Part shown: positions 47,906 to 57,487 of the stretch, piece after piece | Layout of the letters: every line of letters starts with the position of its first letter | Numbering within the stretch: the first letter of the stretch is position 1 | Source of the DNA: an uncultured Nitrospiraceae bacterium | GTDB taxonomy: Bacteria > Nitrospirota > Nitrospiria > Nitrospirales > Nitrospiraceae | DNA: 64,000 bases | Direction of reading: 5' to 3' | NCBI GenBank assembly: GCA_963706325.1 | Contig: CAVPLT010000004.1 | Coordinates: forward strand, 480,001-544,000 | Translations under genes and position numbers: made by a program | The notes under the pieces: generated by a model | The model's database searches: none | What the model was told of the DNA's origin: nothing | The model's input: the letters and a program-made list of their open reading frames with translations, nothing else

Positions 47906-50900
47906 GTGTGGCCATCACTTAAGTCATCGACACATCGCCTCTGCGTGCCTCTCGGTCCCACTGGGGTTGAGCATTTTGTGGTCAGACATCCACCGGTAAC
48001 CGTTCCATCCGGCGACACACTACTCGATGTGCTGAAATGGCGGGCTGAGCATGAGCCCGACCAGACGGCTTACGTCTTCCTGCGGGACGGGGTCACCCCT
48101 GACGCCGTCCTGACTTACAAAGAGCTGGACCTCAAAGCTCGCTCCATAGCCGGGTATCTACAGACCCGATTTGCGCCGGGCACATGCCTGCTCCTGGTTT
48201 ATCCTCCCGGTCTTGATTTCGTGCAAGCGTTCTGGGGCGCGCTGTACGCCGGCATGGTCGCCGTACCGGTGCCACCGCCGGACGCCTTTCGATTAAAGCA
48301 GAGTACCGCGAGGCTGCAGCGCATTACCGAGGATGCGCGTCCAGCCGGGGCGTTAAGTACGAGCCAGATCCGTACCATGCTTCATCAACAGGATTTCCCT
48401 GAGCATTTTATCCAACGAGAACGTTGGATAAGTCTCGATGAGGCCGGTTCAGACCTTTCCGAGCATGGGACATTTACAGCGTCCACTTCCGCGACATTGG
48501 CTTATCTGCAATATACTTCCGGTTCCACATCCGCACCCAAGGGCGTCATGGTCAGCCATGGGAATATGACGGCGCAGAGTCGTTGTATTACTGAGGCCGG
48601 CGGCTACGACGGTCAATCCGTCACTCTATCCTGGATGCCGCATTTTCATGACTACGGATTGGTGAAGGGAATCATTCAGCCCGCCTGGATCGGCCGTCCC
48701 GCTTATCTCATGTCTCCGCTCACGTTTCTAAAACGCCCCTTGCGGTGGCTCGAAGCCATTCATCGCTACCGGGTCACTCACAGCGGCGGTCCCAACTTTG
48801 CGTACCGGCACTGCATCGAAGCCATTCCGGTGGAGGATCGCGCGAAGGTGGATCTATCGGGTTGGGAAGTAGCGAGTTGTGGGGCAGAACCCATTGCTTC
48901 CAATACCATTGACCGATTCGCCGAGGCCTTCGCTCCGGCGGGATTCCGGCGCGAAGCATTTTCTCCCGCCTATGGAATGGCAGAATTTACCTTGCTGATT
49001 TCCCTTAAGCGACAGGGCCTGCTACCGACGGTGCAGGCGCTCGACCCGGCTGCGCTGGAACAGGGCGTGGTCTCTGGTGCTAAGCCGGAGGCCGAGCCGG
49101 TCCGGCAGGTCGTCGGGTGCGGAACTCCCGTCGGAGACACCAAGGTAATCATCGCCCATCCCGAGACCCTGTCTCATTGTGCGGCTCAGCAGATCGGCGA
49201 AATTTGGCTGGCCGGGGCCAGCACGGCGCAAGGATATTGGAACAATCCGGAAGAAACTGCGCGCACGTTTGGCGCCAGGCTTCGCGATACTGGGGAGGGG
49301 CCGTTTCTGAGAACTGGTGACCTTGGGTTCGTGAAGGACGGCGAGGTTTTCGTCACCGGGCGGTTGAAAGACCTCCTCATCGTTCGAGGCCGAAATCACT
49401 ATCCTCACGATATCGAACGGACGGTGGAACAGTGCCACGCGTTATTCCGTGTAAGTGGAGCGGCGGCGTTTTCCGTCCAGGAAGCCGGTGAAGAAGCCGT
49501 CGTCGTCGTCCAAGAGGTGGAACGTCAGTCTGCCGCTCTGGCCATCGACGAACTGGCTGCCGCCATTCGCGCGGCGGTGTCGGAGCACCATGACCTCCAT
49601 GTATTCACCATTGTGTTCATCAAGGCGGGCACGCTTCCAAAGACTTCCAGCGGCAAAGTACAACGGCGGGCCTGTCGAGACCAATTTACCAAGGGCGAGC
49701 TTTCGATCATCGGTCAAAGTCTCCTTCAATCGCCGCAGCATCTCGTTTCCTCAACAATGGTCAAGACAGAATCTCTCCGCCTGCTCTCACCCGATGCACG
49801 ACGGCGGCAGGTTGAGCAGTATCTGTGCGTGATGATCGCCGATCGAGTGGGGTGTCTGCCGGATGCCATACACTGCGGCCGACCGGTACAGCTCCTGGGA
49901 CTGGATTCGCTTATGGCGGCGGAGGTGTTGCATGCGGTGGAGGAAACATTCAGGGTCTCGCTCCCGTTACAGACCCTGTTGGGAGGAGCCAGCGTTGCAG
50001 ATCTCGCCGCGACGATCGAGGACGAGATCCTTCACCCAGTCATTGAGGTGACGACTGACCTGCAGCCGGATTCGACCCAGGAGCATCGTGGCTTGCTCTC
50101 CGAGAACCAAGCAGCCCTATGGTTCCTCAGCCAATTGGCGCCGGACAGCGCCGCTGCGAATGTCTCGGTCTTGCTGCATTTCTCAGAGGACGTCAATGCA
50201 AGCCTGTTGAAACAGGGGCTGGAACAACTCGGCGAACAACACGCCACGCTTCGCACCACCTATGAGACGCAGCAAGGCGTTCCCGTCCAACGAATCCACG
50301 AATGTTTGCCTCTTGGCTGGACGATCATCGATGGCTCCACATGGGACTGGGCGCATCTTCGTCAGATGGCGCTCGAGGCCGCAGCTATCCCATTCGATCT
50401 CCAGCATGGGCCCCTATGGAGAGCATCTCTTTATCAACGCCAGGATGATACCTGGTTGCTACTGGTCGCCCACCATATTGCGGTGGACGGTTGGTCGATG
50501 ATGCAGTTGGTAAAAGATCTCAAGCGGCATTATGAGTCGGTGCAGACGGGATCCACCTCTATGCCCGATGGAAGCGGCACTAGACCGGTTCCGTACAGTG
50601 ACTTCGTCACATGGCATCGCTCGCTCTTGGACAGCGTCGAGGGCCAACGTCTGAGGCGCTACTGGAAAGAAAGGTTGGCCGGCGAATTGCCGACCTACGA
50701 CATATTGTATGACCGGCCGCAGACGACCGTCGAGCCGAGCCGGTATGCCTGGCACCCGTTCCATATCGAGGCGGCTTTGGCGGAACGACTCAAGACCTTC
50801 GCCCAGGCTGAAGGTACGACGCTGTATGCCGTCTGTCTGGCTGCGCTCCAGGTCTTGATGTACCGCTACACGAATCAGGAAGACACGGCCATTGTGACTC

Positions 50901-53900
50901 CCGTGTTCGGTCGCAGCCGATCCCGGTTCGCTGGGGCAGTGGGTGACTTCGTCAATATTCTGGTACTGCGGGAGCGCCTTCAGGCGGAGATGACCGGTCG
51001 CGACCTCCTGGCTCAGACGAAGCACGGCCTCCTGGAGGCGCTCGCCCATCAGGATTATCCCTACTCTCGCCTCCTGTCGGACTTGCGACCGTCGCGCGAC
51101 CGTCAACGCGCGCCGTTGGCACAGGTCCTCTTCGTGCTGCAACCATTCAAATTGTTTGCCGAGCTGGATGCATACATGGGCGCATCGTCCTCGTCCTTTC
51201 CGGGCATTAGCCGGCCCGGATGGGAGCCTTACGTCATACCGCAGCAGAGCGGACAGTTTGATCTCTGTATCGAACTTGCGGAATCGGAGCGAGGATTGAG
51301 CGGCTACTTCGAATACAAGGACCAATTGTTTGATCCGGACAGAGTGGCACAGATGCAGGAGCATTTTGTGCGATTACTGCAGGGCTTTGTGAGTGATCCC
51401 GCGGCGCACATCGGCGAGTTGCCCCTCCTGTCTGAGGCTGAGCGACGGGACAGAGTGCTTGCAGGGGATCACCCTCGCGAGCCCGCGAGCGCCTTGTCCT
51501 GTCTCCATCATCAGATCGAAGCGCAGGCTCAGCGAACACCGGACGCGATTGCGGTGCAGCAAGCAGGGCAGACGCTGACCTATCGTGAACTTGATGAGAG
51601 GGCGAATCGGCTGGCCCATTATCTCCGTCGGCGGGGAGTCACTCCTGGGGTCGTCGTCGGGCTCTGTCTCGAACGGTCGCTCAATTTAATGGTCGGCCTG
51701 CTTGGCATTTTGAAATCGGGCGGAGCCTACCTGCCGTTGGACGCCGACTATCCCACCGACCGTTTGGAATATATGCTGCGGGACAGCCAGGTCCGCGTTC
51801 TGGTCACTCAACAGGATCAACTGGCACGTCTGCCGGCGACCAACCCGCATACCATTTGCCTCGACTCCGAATGGGACCAGATTGCGCGTTGTTCGGACAG
51901 CGTCATCGAGGGCGCAGATGCCTTAGACAATCTGGCCTATGTGATCTATACATCCGGGTCCACCGGGCATCCCAAAGGGGTGATGGTCGAACATCGGTCG
52001 ATTGCCAACTATGTGTGCGCAATCGCCGATCTTGTCGAGTTGAAGGCCGCTGACCGGGTACTGCAATTTGCTTCGTTGAGTTTTGATACGGCCGCGGAAG
52101 AAATCTTTCCTTGCCTGGCGACAGGGGCGACGTTGCTCTTGCGCACGTCCAACATGGTCGACTCTGTCTCTGGATTTCTCGACCGCTGTCGTGAATGGAA
52201 GGTGACTATTTTGGACTTGCCGACGGCTTACTGGCACGAGGTCGTGACTCGAATGGAATTGGAGCAGATCGCGTTTCCGCAATCCATACGGACGGTGATC
52301 ATCGGCGGGGAGCGTGTGCTTCCCCAGATCGTGCAACGCTGGGCCAAGTTAACCGGTCGCGCGGTGCGCTTGTTGAACACCTACGGCCCGACTGAAACGA
52401 CGGTGGCCGCCACCTGGGCAGATCTCACCGGCTTCGGCGTCGACGACGAGCTACAAGCCGACTTGCCGATCGGACGGGTGATACGCGGGGCAAGCGCCTA
52501 TGTGTTGGATCCGCAGCGGCAACTGGTTCCACTCGGTGTGGCAGGGGAACTCTATGTCGGCGGGGTGGGAGTCGCGCGCGGGTATCGAGGGCGTCCAGAG
52601 TTGACCGAGGCCAAGTTTATCCCTGACCCGTTTTCAAGTCTGGAGGGGGCACGTCTGTACCGAACCGGTGATATTGTCCGCTGGCGGCCTGACGGGCAAC
52701 TGGACTACCGAGGGCGTGCGGATCGTCAGGTCAAAATCCGAGGATATCGTATCGAATTGGAGGAAATCGAAGCCGTTCTGAACCGGCACCCGGATCTGGA
52801 ACGCGCCGTGGTCGAAGTGCGCGAGGATCAACCGGGAGATAAACGGATCGTGGCGTTCATCGTGCCACGTCCTCAGAACCGGCTGAGCTTGGCGCAATTG
52901 CGCGAACAACTGCGCAGCCAGCTGCCGGCCCACATGCTTCCCTCATCGTTCATCGAACTCGAAGCTCTGCCACTCACGGCCAATGGCAAGGTAGATCGGC
53001 AGGCGCTCCGTGTGGCCGGAGACAGTCGCGCCAGCAAGGTCGATTTGAGCTCAGAGTTTGTTGCCCCGCGCAATTCCACGGAGCAGATGTTGGCCGATAT
53101 CTGGGGCGAAATCCTGCATCTGAAAGACGTCGGCATACACGATAACTTTTTCGAACTGGGTGGGCATTCTCTGCTCGCCACGCAACTGGTATCGCGAGTC
53201 CAGGCTCTGTTTCAGACCGTGCTGCCTCTACGCCAGGTCTTCGAGAAGCCGACGATTGCCACCTTGGCAGCGGCGATCAAGTGGACGCAAGAAGGTGGTG
53301 ATCAAGCTCAAGGGCACGAGGGCCTGGTTATCACGAAGGCCGGACGAGGGGCGCCCTTGCCTCTGTCGTTTGCCCAGGAGCGGATGTGGTTTCTGTATCG
53401 ATTGTCCCCCGGGGCCGCCGCGTACAACATTCCCGCCAGTGTTCGCTTGCACGGTCCGCTCGATAAGGCGGCGTTGCGTTGGAGCGTCGAGGAACTTGTT
53501 CGCCGCCACGAGGCGCTGCGGACCACCTTCACGCAACGGGATGGCCAGGCGCGTCAGATCATCCACACATCCTTGGAGCCGCAGTGGATTGAAGAAGACG
53601 CGCGAAAATTACCGCTGGAGATACGCGAGCCACGGGCGCTGGAATTGGCTACGGCCGAAGCCCGCCGTCCATTCGATCTCGAACAGGGTCCGTTGCTTCG
53701 GATTTTGCTGATCCAGCTGGGGGAAGAAGACCATGTATTGGTGATGAGCACTCACCACATCATTTCCGATCAATGGTCGTATGGTGTGATCGCGCGTGAG
53801 CTGGTGAAGTGCTACAACGCCTTCTGTGCCGGCAAACCTTTTGCGATCCAGCCAGAGCTCCCGATCCAATATGCCGACTTCGCGCTGTGGCAACGCACTT

Positions 53901-56900
53901 GGCTGACTGGGCCGGTATTGGCAGAACAACTGACCCATTGGAAGTCAAAACTGCTGGATCTTCCGGTGCTGACGTTGCCGACCGACCGACCGCGGTTACC
54001 TGTCCATTCCTTCAAAGGGGATCATGTGTCGATGGATGTGCCCTGGGCCTTGGTCAACCGGCTCAAGCAGCTCAGCGTCCGCGAAGGAGTAACGCTGTAC
54101 ATGGTATTCCTGGCCGGATTCTTCGGCCTGTTGCATCGTCTCACGCAACAGCGCGACCTGGTCATCGGCACACCCATCGCGAATCGCAATCGTCTCGAAA
54201 TCGAAGATTTGATCGGCACGTTTGTGAATACGCTCGTGTTGCGGACAGACGTGACAAGCGAGCTGACCTTCCGCGAATTACTGGGGAAGGTCCGCGAACT
54301 GTCTCTCGATGCCTATGCCCATCAAGACATTCCCTTCGAGAAGCTGGTGGAAGAACTGCGTGCGGACCGCAGCCAAGGCGGCTTGCCGCTGGTGCAGGTG
54401 CTTTTCAATTTCGCCAATACGCCCTTCGCGCGCACGGAGTTTCAGCATCTCTCGTGGACGCCGTATGAAGTGAGCCGGGGCGCGGCCCAGCTGGATCTCG
54501 GGCTGTCGATCGATCCGTTCTCGTCACGAAAAGCTTATTTGGAGTTCAATACGGATCTCTTCGATCGCGCGACCGCCGAGCGGTGGCTGGGGCAGTACCG
54601 GGAACTGATGGAAGCGATTGCGGAGCATCCCGAGGAAAAGATCGGACGTGTGGCGATCCTTACGGAACAGGAGCAGCGCCGAATCATTCGAGAGTGGAAC
54701 GCGACGGAGACGATCTTCGACCGTACCGTCTGCTTTCCGCAGCTGTTCGAAGCGCAAGTCTCACGAACTCCCGACGCCATCGCCGTGGTTTATGAAGGGG
54801 TGGAACTCTCATATGCGGAACTAAATCGTCGCGCGAACAGGATGGCTCACCACTTGCGGGATTGGGGCGTGGGGCCGGATATCGTCGTGCCGGTCTTACT
54901 GGAACGGTCGCTTGAATTGCTCATCACGTTACTGGCCGTGATGAAAGCCGGCGGCGCCTATCTTCCCTTGGTGCCTGGGCTGCCGATACGGAGACTGGCT
55001 GTCATGATCGAGGCCAGCCAGGCGGCGCTTCTCGTGACCCATTCCTCGCTCCTCGCGGAGCTTCCTCAGCATCAACTGCCGGTGATCTGCATGGATCTTA
55101 ATGCGGAGACATTGGCGCAATATCCGGATGAAAACCCGCCGCCCCAAGCCGACCCTCAGCATCTGGTGTATGTACTGTTTACGTCGGGTTCGACCGGTCA
55201 GCCGAAGGCGGTCGAAATCGAACATCGCGCACTGGTCAACTTTTTGCGATCGATGCAGCGCGAGCCGGGTATGGCCGCGTCCGATGTCCTGGTTGCCCTC
55301 ACGCCGTTGTCGTTCGATATCGCCGGACTGGAACTGTATCTTCCACTCCTGACCGGCGCGCGCATTGTATTGGCCAATCGTCGACAGGCGATGGACGGAG
55401 TCTGGTTACAGCGAGAACTCGACCAGGGTCGGGTTACCGTCATGCAGGCCACGCCGGCGACGTGGCGAATGGTGTTGCAATCGGGGTGGCAGGGCGGACG
55501 CCAGGTGAAGGTGCTCTGTGGCGGAGAGTCACTTTCACGCGAGTTGGCGCAGGAGCTGTTGTCGAGGGCAGGGTCTGTCTGGAACGTGTATGGACCGACA
55601 GAGACGACCGTCTGGTCGACTCTCGAGCGCGTCCGGTCGGCAGACCGGACCGTTCCGATCGGAAGGCCCATCGCGAATACCCAGGTGTACGTGCTGGATC
55701 CCAATGGTGAGCCGGTGCCGGTGGGGATACCGGGTGAACTCTATATCGGCGGAATGGGCGTCGCTCGAGGATACCGGCATGCTCCCCAGTTGACGGATGA
55801 GCGATTCAACCCTAATCCGTTTCGATCTGGGGAGCGCCTGTATCGCACAGGCGACCAGGTCAAATGGTTGCCTGACGGCAGGCTGGAATATGTGGGACGT
55901 ATGGACTTCCAGGTGAAGCTGCGAGGGTTTCGGATTGAGCTGGGTGAAATCGAGGCCGTTCTGGCAGAAGATCTCACCGTCAAGCAAGCGGTGGTCATCG
56001 TGCGGGAAGATGTTCCGGGGGACAAGCGGCTGGTGGGCTATGTGGTGGCGCGAGAGGGACAGCGTTGTGACCCTCAGGCCCTGCGCCGCGCCCTTCGAGA
56101 CGTGGTTCCGGACTACATGGTTCCAGCTGCGATCGTGCCTCTTCCGGAGTTTCCACTCACCCCCAACGGCAAAATCGATCGAAAGGCCTTACCGATTCCG
56201 GCGGTGGAACCCATTCACGATGGCGCGCAGGCCATCGAGCCGAGGAATCGAATCGAATTGCAGCTAGCGGCGATTTGGGAGCAGGTGTTGGGGATCACGC
56301 CGATCGGCGTTCAAGACAATTTTTTTTCGCTGGGCGGGTATTCCTTGCTGGCGCTACGGATGTTCAGCGCCATCGAGCAGACTTTCGGCACACGTTTGCC
56401 GATGGCCTTGCTCTTTCAGGCACCGACGATCGAACAACTGGCGGATGTCCTGGCCGATGAAGGTTGTACCGTGCGCTGGCGGTCGTTGGTGGCGATTCAA
56501 CCGGAAGGCAAGAATCCGCCATTCTTCGCGGTTCCCGGCGTCGGCGGGAATGTCCTCGTCTTCGCTCGCTTAGCCAAGTTGCTCGGCAACGATCAGCCGT
56601 TTTATGGCTTACAGGCTCGTGGCCTCGATGGAAAAGAAAAGCCATTCATGCGCGTGGAGGACATGGCCGCGCATTACATTGACGAAATTCGTTCGGTCCA
56701 GCCGCAGGGCCCCTATCTCATCGGAGGGACTTGTACGGGTGGGCTGGCGGCATACGAAATCGCCCAGCAGTTGACGGCAAAGGGGGAAGAGGTGGTGCTG
56801 GCCATCATCGAATCCTGGCATCCACGGTCTTACGTAATCCACTGGAATCGGCCGCCCTATTTGCTGTGGCCATTACTATTCGTGGCCATGAAGGTGGCGA

Positions 56901-57349
56901 CGTACTATCGTCTTATGCGCAAACTACCGCGCCAGGAATGGCTGATGTTCTGGAGAGGAAAGTTGAAACGACTCTGGGGTCTCATGCACCATTCTGAAGC
57001 CGCCGAACATCAAGATGAATTTTTATACAAAGACCAAGTCACCTATGCCACCTTTCACGCGGTCGCGCGCTACGACTTGAAGCCGTTTCGAGGGCAGGTG
57101 CTCAATGTGATTGCTTCTAAACATCCGCTCACCAATTCCACCGACGACACGCGATTGGTCTTCGGCGAATCCGCAAGAGGAATGAGCCGAACGATGTACT
57201 TGCCTGCGGAAGATTCCGGCCGCCTTTTCGTCGCCCCGCATGTGCAGGAATTGGCCGTCCAGCTCAAGACATTTTGGCAGGACGCCTGGGCGCAGCTCCA
57301 GCGAAAGCCGGATGATGAGGGAAAGGGGCCGTCATCGAGAGCGGCCTAA
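47906..57349 (+). CDS. Lipopeptide NRPS: FAAL-ACP-C-A-PCP-C-A-PCP-TE
   Basis: FAAL (LQYTSGST, WMPHFHDYGL, GRNHYP.DIE, PKTSSGK); ACP GLDSL; C domains HHIAVDG and HHIISDQ; A domains YTSGSTG and FTSGSTG with YGPTE; PCPs GGHS and GGYS; TE GGTCTGG. The true start may be GTG 47978. Confidence 0.95.
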   Translation: MWPSLKSSTHRLCVPLGPTGVEHFVVRHPPVTVPSGDTLLDVLKWRAEHEPDQTAYVFLRDGVTPDAVLTYKELDLKARSIAGYLQTRFAPGTCLLLVYPPGLDFVQAFWGALYAGMVAVPVPPPDAFRLKQSTARLQRITEDARPAGALSTSQIRTMLHQQDFPEHFIQRERWISLDEAGSDLSEHGTFTASTSATLAYLQYTSGSTSAPKGVMVSHGNMTAQSRCITEAGGYDGQSVTLSWMPHFHDYGLVKGIIQPAWIGRPAYLMSPLTFLKRPLRWLEAIHRYRVTHSGGPNFAYRHCIEAIPVEDRAKVDLSGWEVASCGAEPIASNTIDRFAEAFAPAGFRREAFSPAYGMAEFTLLISLKRQGLLPTVQALDPAALEQGVVSGAKPEAEPVRQVVGCGTPVGDTKVIIAHPETLSHCAAQQIGEIWLAGASTAQGYWNNPEETARTFGARLRDTGEGPFLRTGDLGFVKDGEVFVTGRLKDLLIVRGRNHYPHDIERTVEQCHALFRVSGAAAFSVQEAGEEAVVVVQEVERQSAALAIDELAAAIRAAVSEHHDLHVFTIVFIKAGTLPKTSSGKVQRRACRDQFTKGELSIIGQSLLQSPQHLVSSTMVKTESLRLLSPDARRRQVEQYLCVMIADRVGCLPDAIHCGRPVQLLGLDSLMAAEVLHAVEETFRVSLPLQTLLGGASVADLAATIEDEILHPVIEVTTDLQPDSTQEHRGLLSENQAALWFLSQLAPDSAAANVSVLLHFSEDVNASLLKQGLEQLGEQHATLRTTYETQQGVPVQRIHECLPLGWTIIDGSTWDWAHLRQMALEAAAIPFDLQHGPLWRASLYQRQDDTWLLLVAHHIAVDGWSMMQLVKDLKRHYESVQTGSTSMPDGSGTRPVPYSDFVTWHRSLLDSVEGQRLRRYWKERLAGELPTYDILYDRPQTTVEPSRYAWHPFHIEAALAERLKTFAQAEGTTLYAVCLAALQVLMYRYTNQEDTAIVTPVFGRSRSRFAGAVGDFVNILVLRERLQAEMTGRDLLAQTKHGLLEALAHQDYPYSRLLSDLRPSRDRQRAPLAQVLFVLQPFKLFAELDAYMGASSSSFPGISRPGWEPYVIPQQSGQFDLCIELAESERGLSGYFEYKDQLFDPDRVAQMQEHFVRLLQGFVSDPAAHIGELPLLSEAERRDRVLAGDHPREPASALSCLHHQIEAQAQRTPDAIAVQQAGQTLTYRELDERANRLAHYLRRRGVTPGVVVGLCLERSLNLMVGLLGILKSGGAYLPLDADYPTDRLEYMLRDSQVRVLVTQQDQLARLPATNPHTICLDSEWDQIARCSDSVIEGADALDNLAYVIYTSGSTGHPKGVMVEHRSIANYVCAIADLVELKAADRVLQFASLSFDTAAEEIFPCLATGATLLLRTSNMVDSVSGFLDRCREWKVTILDLPTAYWHEVVTRMELEQIAFPQSIRTVIIGGERVLPQIVQRWAKLTGRAVRLLNTYGPTETTVAATWADLTGFGVDDELQADLPIGRVIRGASAYVLDPQRQLVPLGVAGELYVGGVGVARGYRGRPELTEAKFIPDPFSSLEGARLYRTGDIVRWRPDGQLDYRGRADRQVKIRGYRIELEEIEAVLNRHPDLERAVVEVREDQPGDKRIVAFIVPRPQNRLSLAQLREQLRSQLPAHMLPSSFIELEALPLTANGKVDRQALRVAGDSRASKVDLSSEFVAPRNSTEQMLADIWGEILHLKDVGIHDNFFELGGHSLLATQLVSRVQALFQTVLPLRQVFEKPTIATLAAAIKWTQEGGDQAQGHEGLVITKAGRGAPLPLSFAQERMWFLYRLSPGAAAYNIPASVRLHGPLDKAALRWSVEELVRRHEALRTTFTQRDGQARQIIHTSLEPQWIEEDARKLPLEIREPRALELATAEARRPFDLEQGPLLRILLIQLGEEDHVLVMSTHHIISDQWSYGVIARELVKCYNAFCAGKPFAIQPELPIQYADFALWQRTWLTGPVLAEQLTHWKSKLLDLPVLTLPTDRPRLPVHSFKGDHVSMDVPWALVNRLKQLSVREGVTLYMVFLAGFFGLLHRLTQQRDLVIGTPIANRNRLEIEDLIGTFVNTLVLRTDVTSELTFRELLGKVRELSLDAYAHQDIPFEKLVEELRADRSQGGLPLVQVLFNFANTPFARTEFQHLSWTPYEVSRGAAQLDLGLSIDPFSSRKAYLEFNTDLFDRATAERWLGQYRELMEAIAEHPEEKIGRVAILTEQEQRRIIREWNATETIFDRTVCFPQLFEAQVSRTPDAIAVVYEGVELSYAELNRRANRMAHHLRDWGVGPDIVVPVLLERSLELLITLLAVMKAGGAYLPLVPGLPIRRLAVMIEASQAALLVTHSSLLAELPQHQLPVICMDLNAETLAQYPDENPPPQADPQHLVYVLFTSGSTGQPKAVEIEHRALVNFLRSMQREPGMAASDVLVALTPLSFDIAGLELYLPLLTGARIVLANRRQAMDGVWLQRELDQGRVTVMQATPATWRMVLQSGWQGGRQVKVLCGGESLSRELAQELLSRAGSVWNVYGPTETTVWSTLERVRSADRTVPIGRPIANTQVYVLDPNGEPVPVGIPGELYIGGMGVARGYRHAPQLTDERFNPNPFRSGERLYRTGDQVKWLPDGRLEYVGRMDFQVKLRGFRIELGEIEAVLAEDLTVKQAVVIVREDVPGDKRLVGYVVAREGQRCDPQALRRALRDVVPDYMVPAAIVPLPEFPLTPNGKIDRKALPIPAVEPIHDGAQAIEPRNRIELQLAAIWEQVLGITPIGVQDNFFSLGGYSLLALRMFSAIEQTFGTRLPMALLFQAPTIEQLADVLADEGCTVRWRSLVAIQPEGKNPPFFAVPGVGGNVLVFARLAKLLGNDQPFYGLQARGLDGKEKPFMRVEDMAAHYIDEIRSVQPQGPYLIGGTCTGGLAAYEIAQQLTAKGEEVVLAIIESWHPRSYVIHWNRPPYLLWPLLFVAMKVATYYRLMRKLPRQEWLMFWRGKLKRLWGLMHHSEAAEHQDEFLYKDQVTYATFHAVARYDLKPFRGQVLNVIASKHPLTNSTDDTRLVFGESARGMSRTMYLPAEDSGRLFVAPHVQELAVQLKTFWQDAWAQLQRKPDDEGKGPSSRAA

Positions 57350-57350
57350 C

Positions 57351-57466
57351 GAGATGCTGACGCAGGCCGTCAGCCTGGTTCTCGCCGCGCGCCGTGGCTC
57401 ACTGGAATAAGCACGCCTCACCCCTTTGGTTGCTGCGGCCGCGCTCATTGACCATTGGATCATCCG
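57351..57466. repeat. Degenerate copy of the ~120 bp inverted-repeat element between the NRPS and the exporter
   Basis: GAGATGCTGA...CAGCCTGGTTCTCGC...GCTGCGGCC.CGCT...GATCATCC is collinear with the 39450 copy. Confidence 0.65.
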
Positions 57467-57487
57467 AGACATGACGGAATCAGGACC

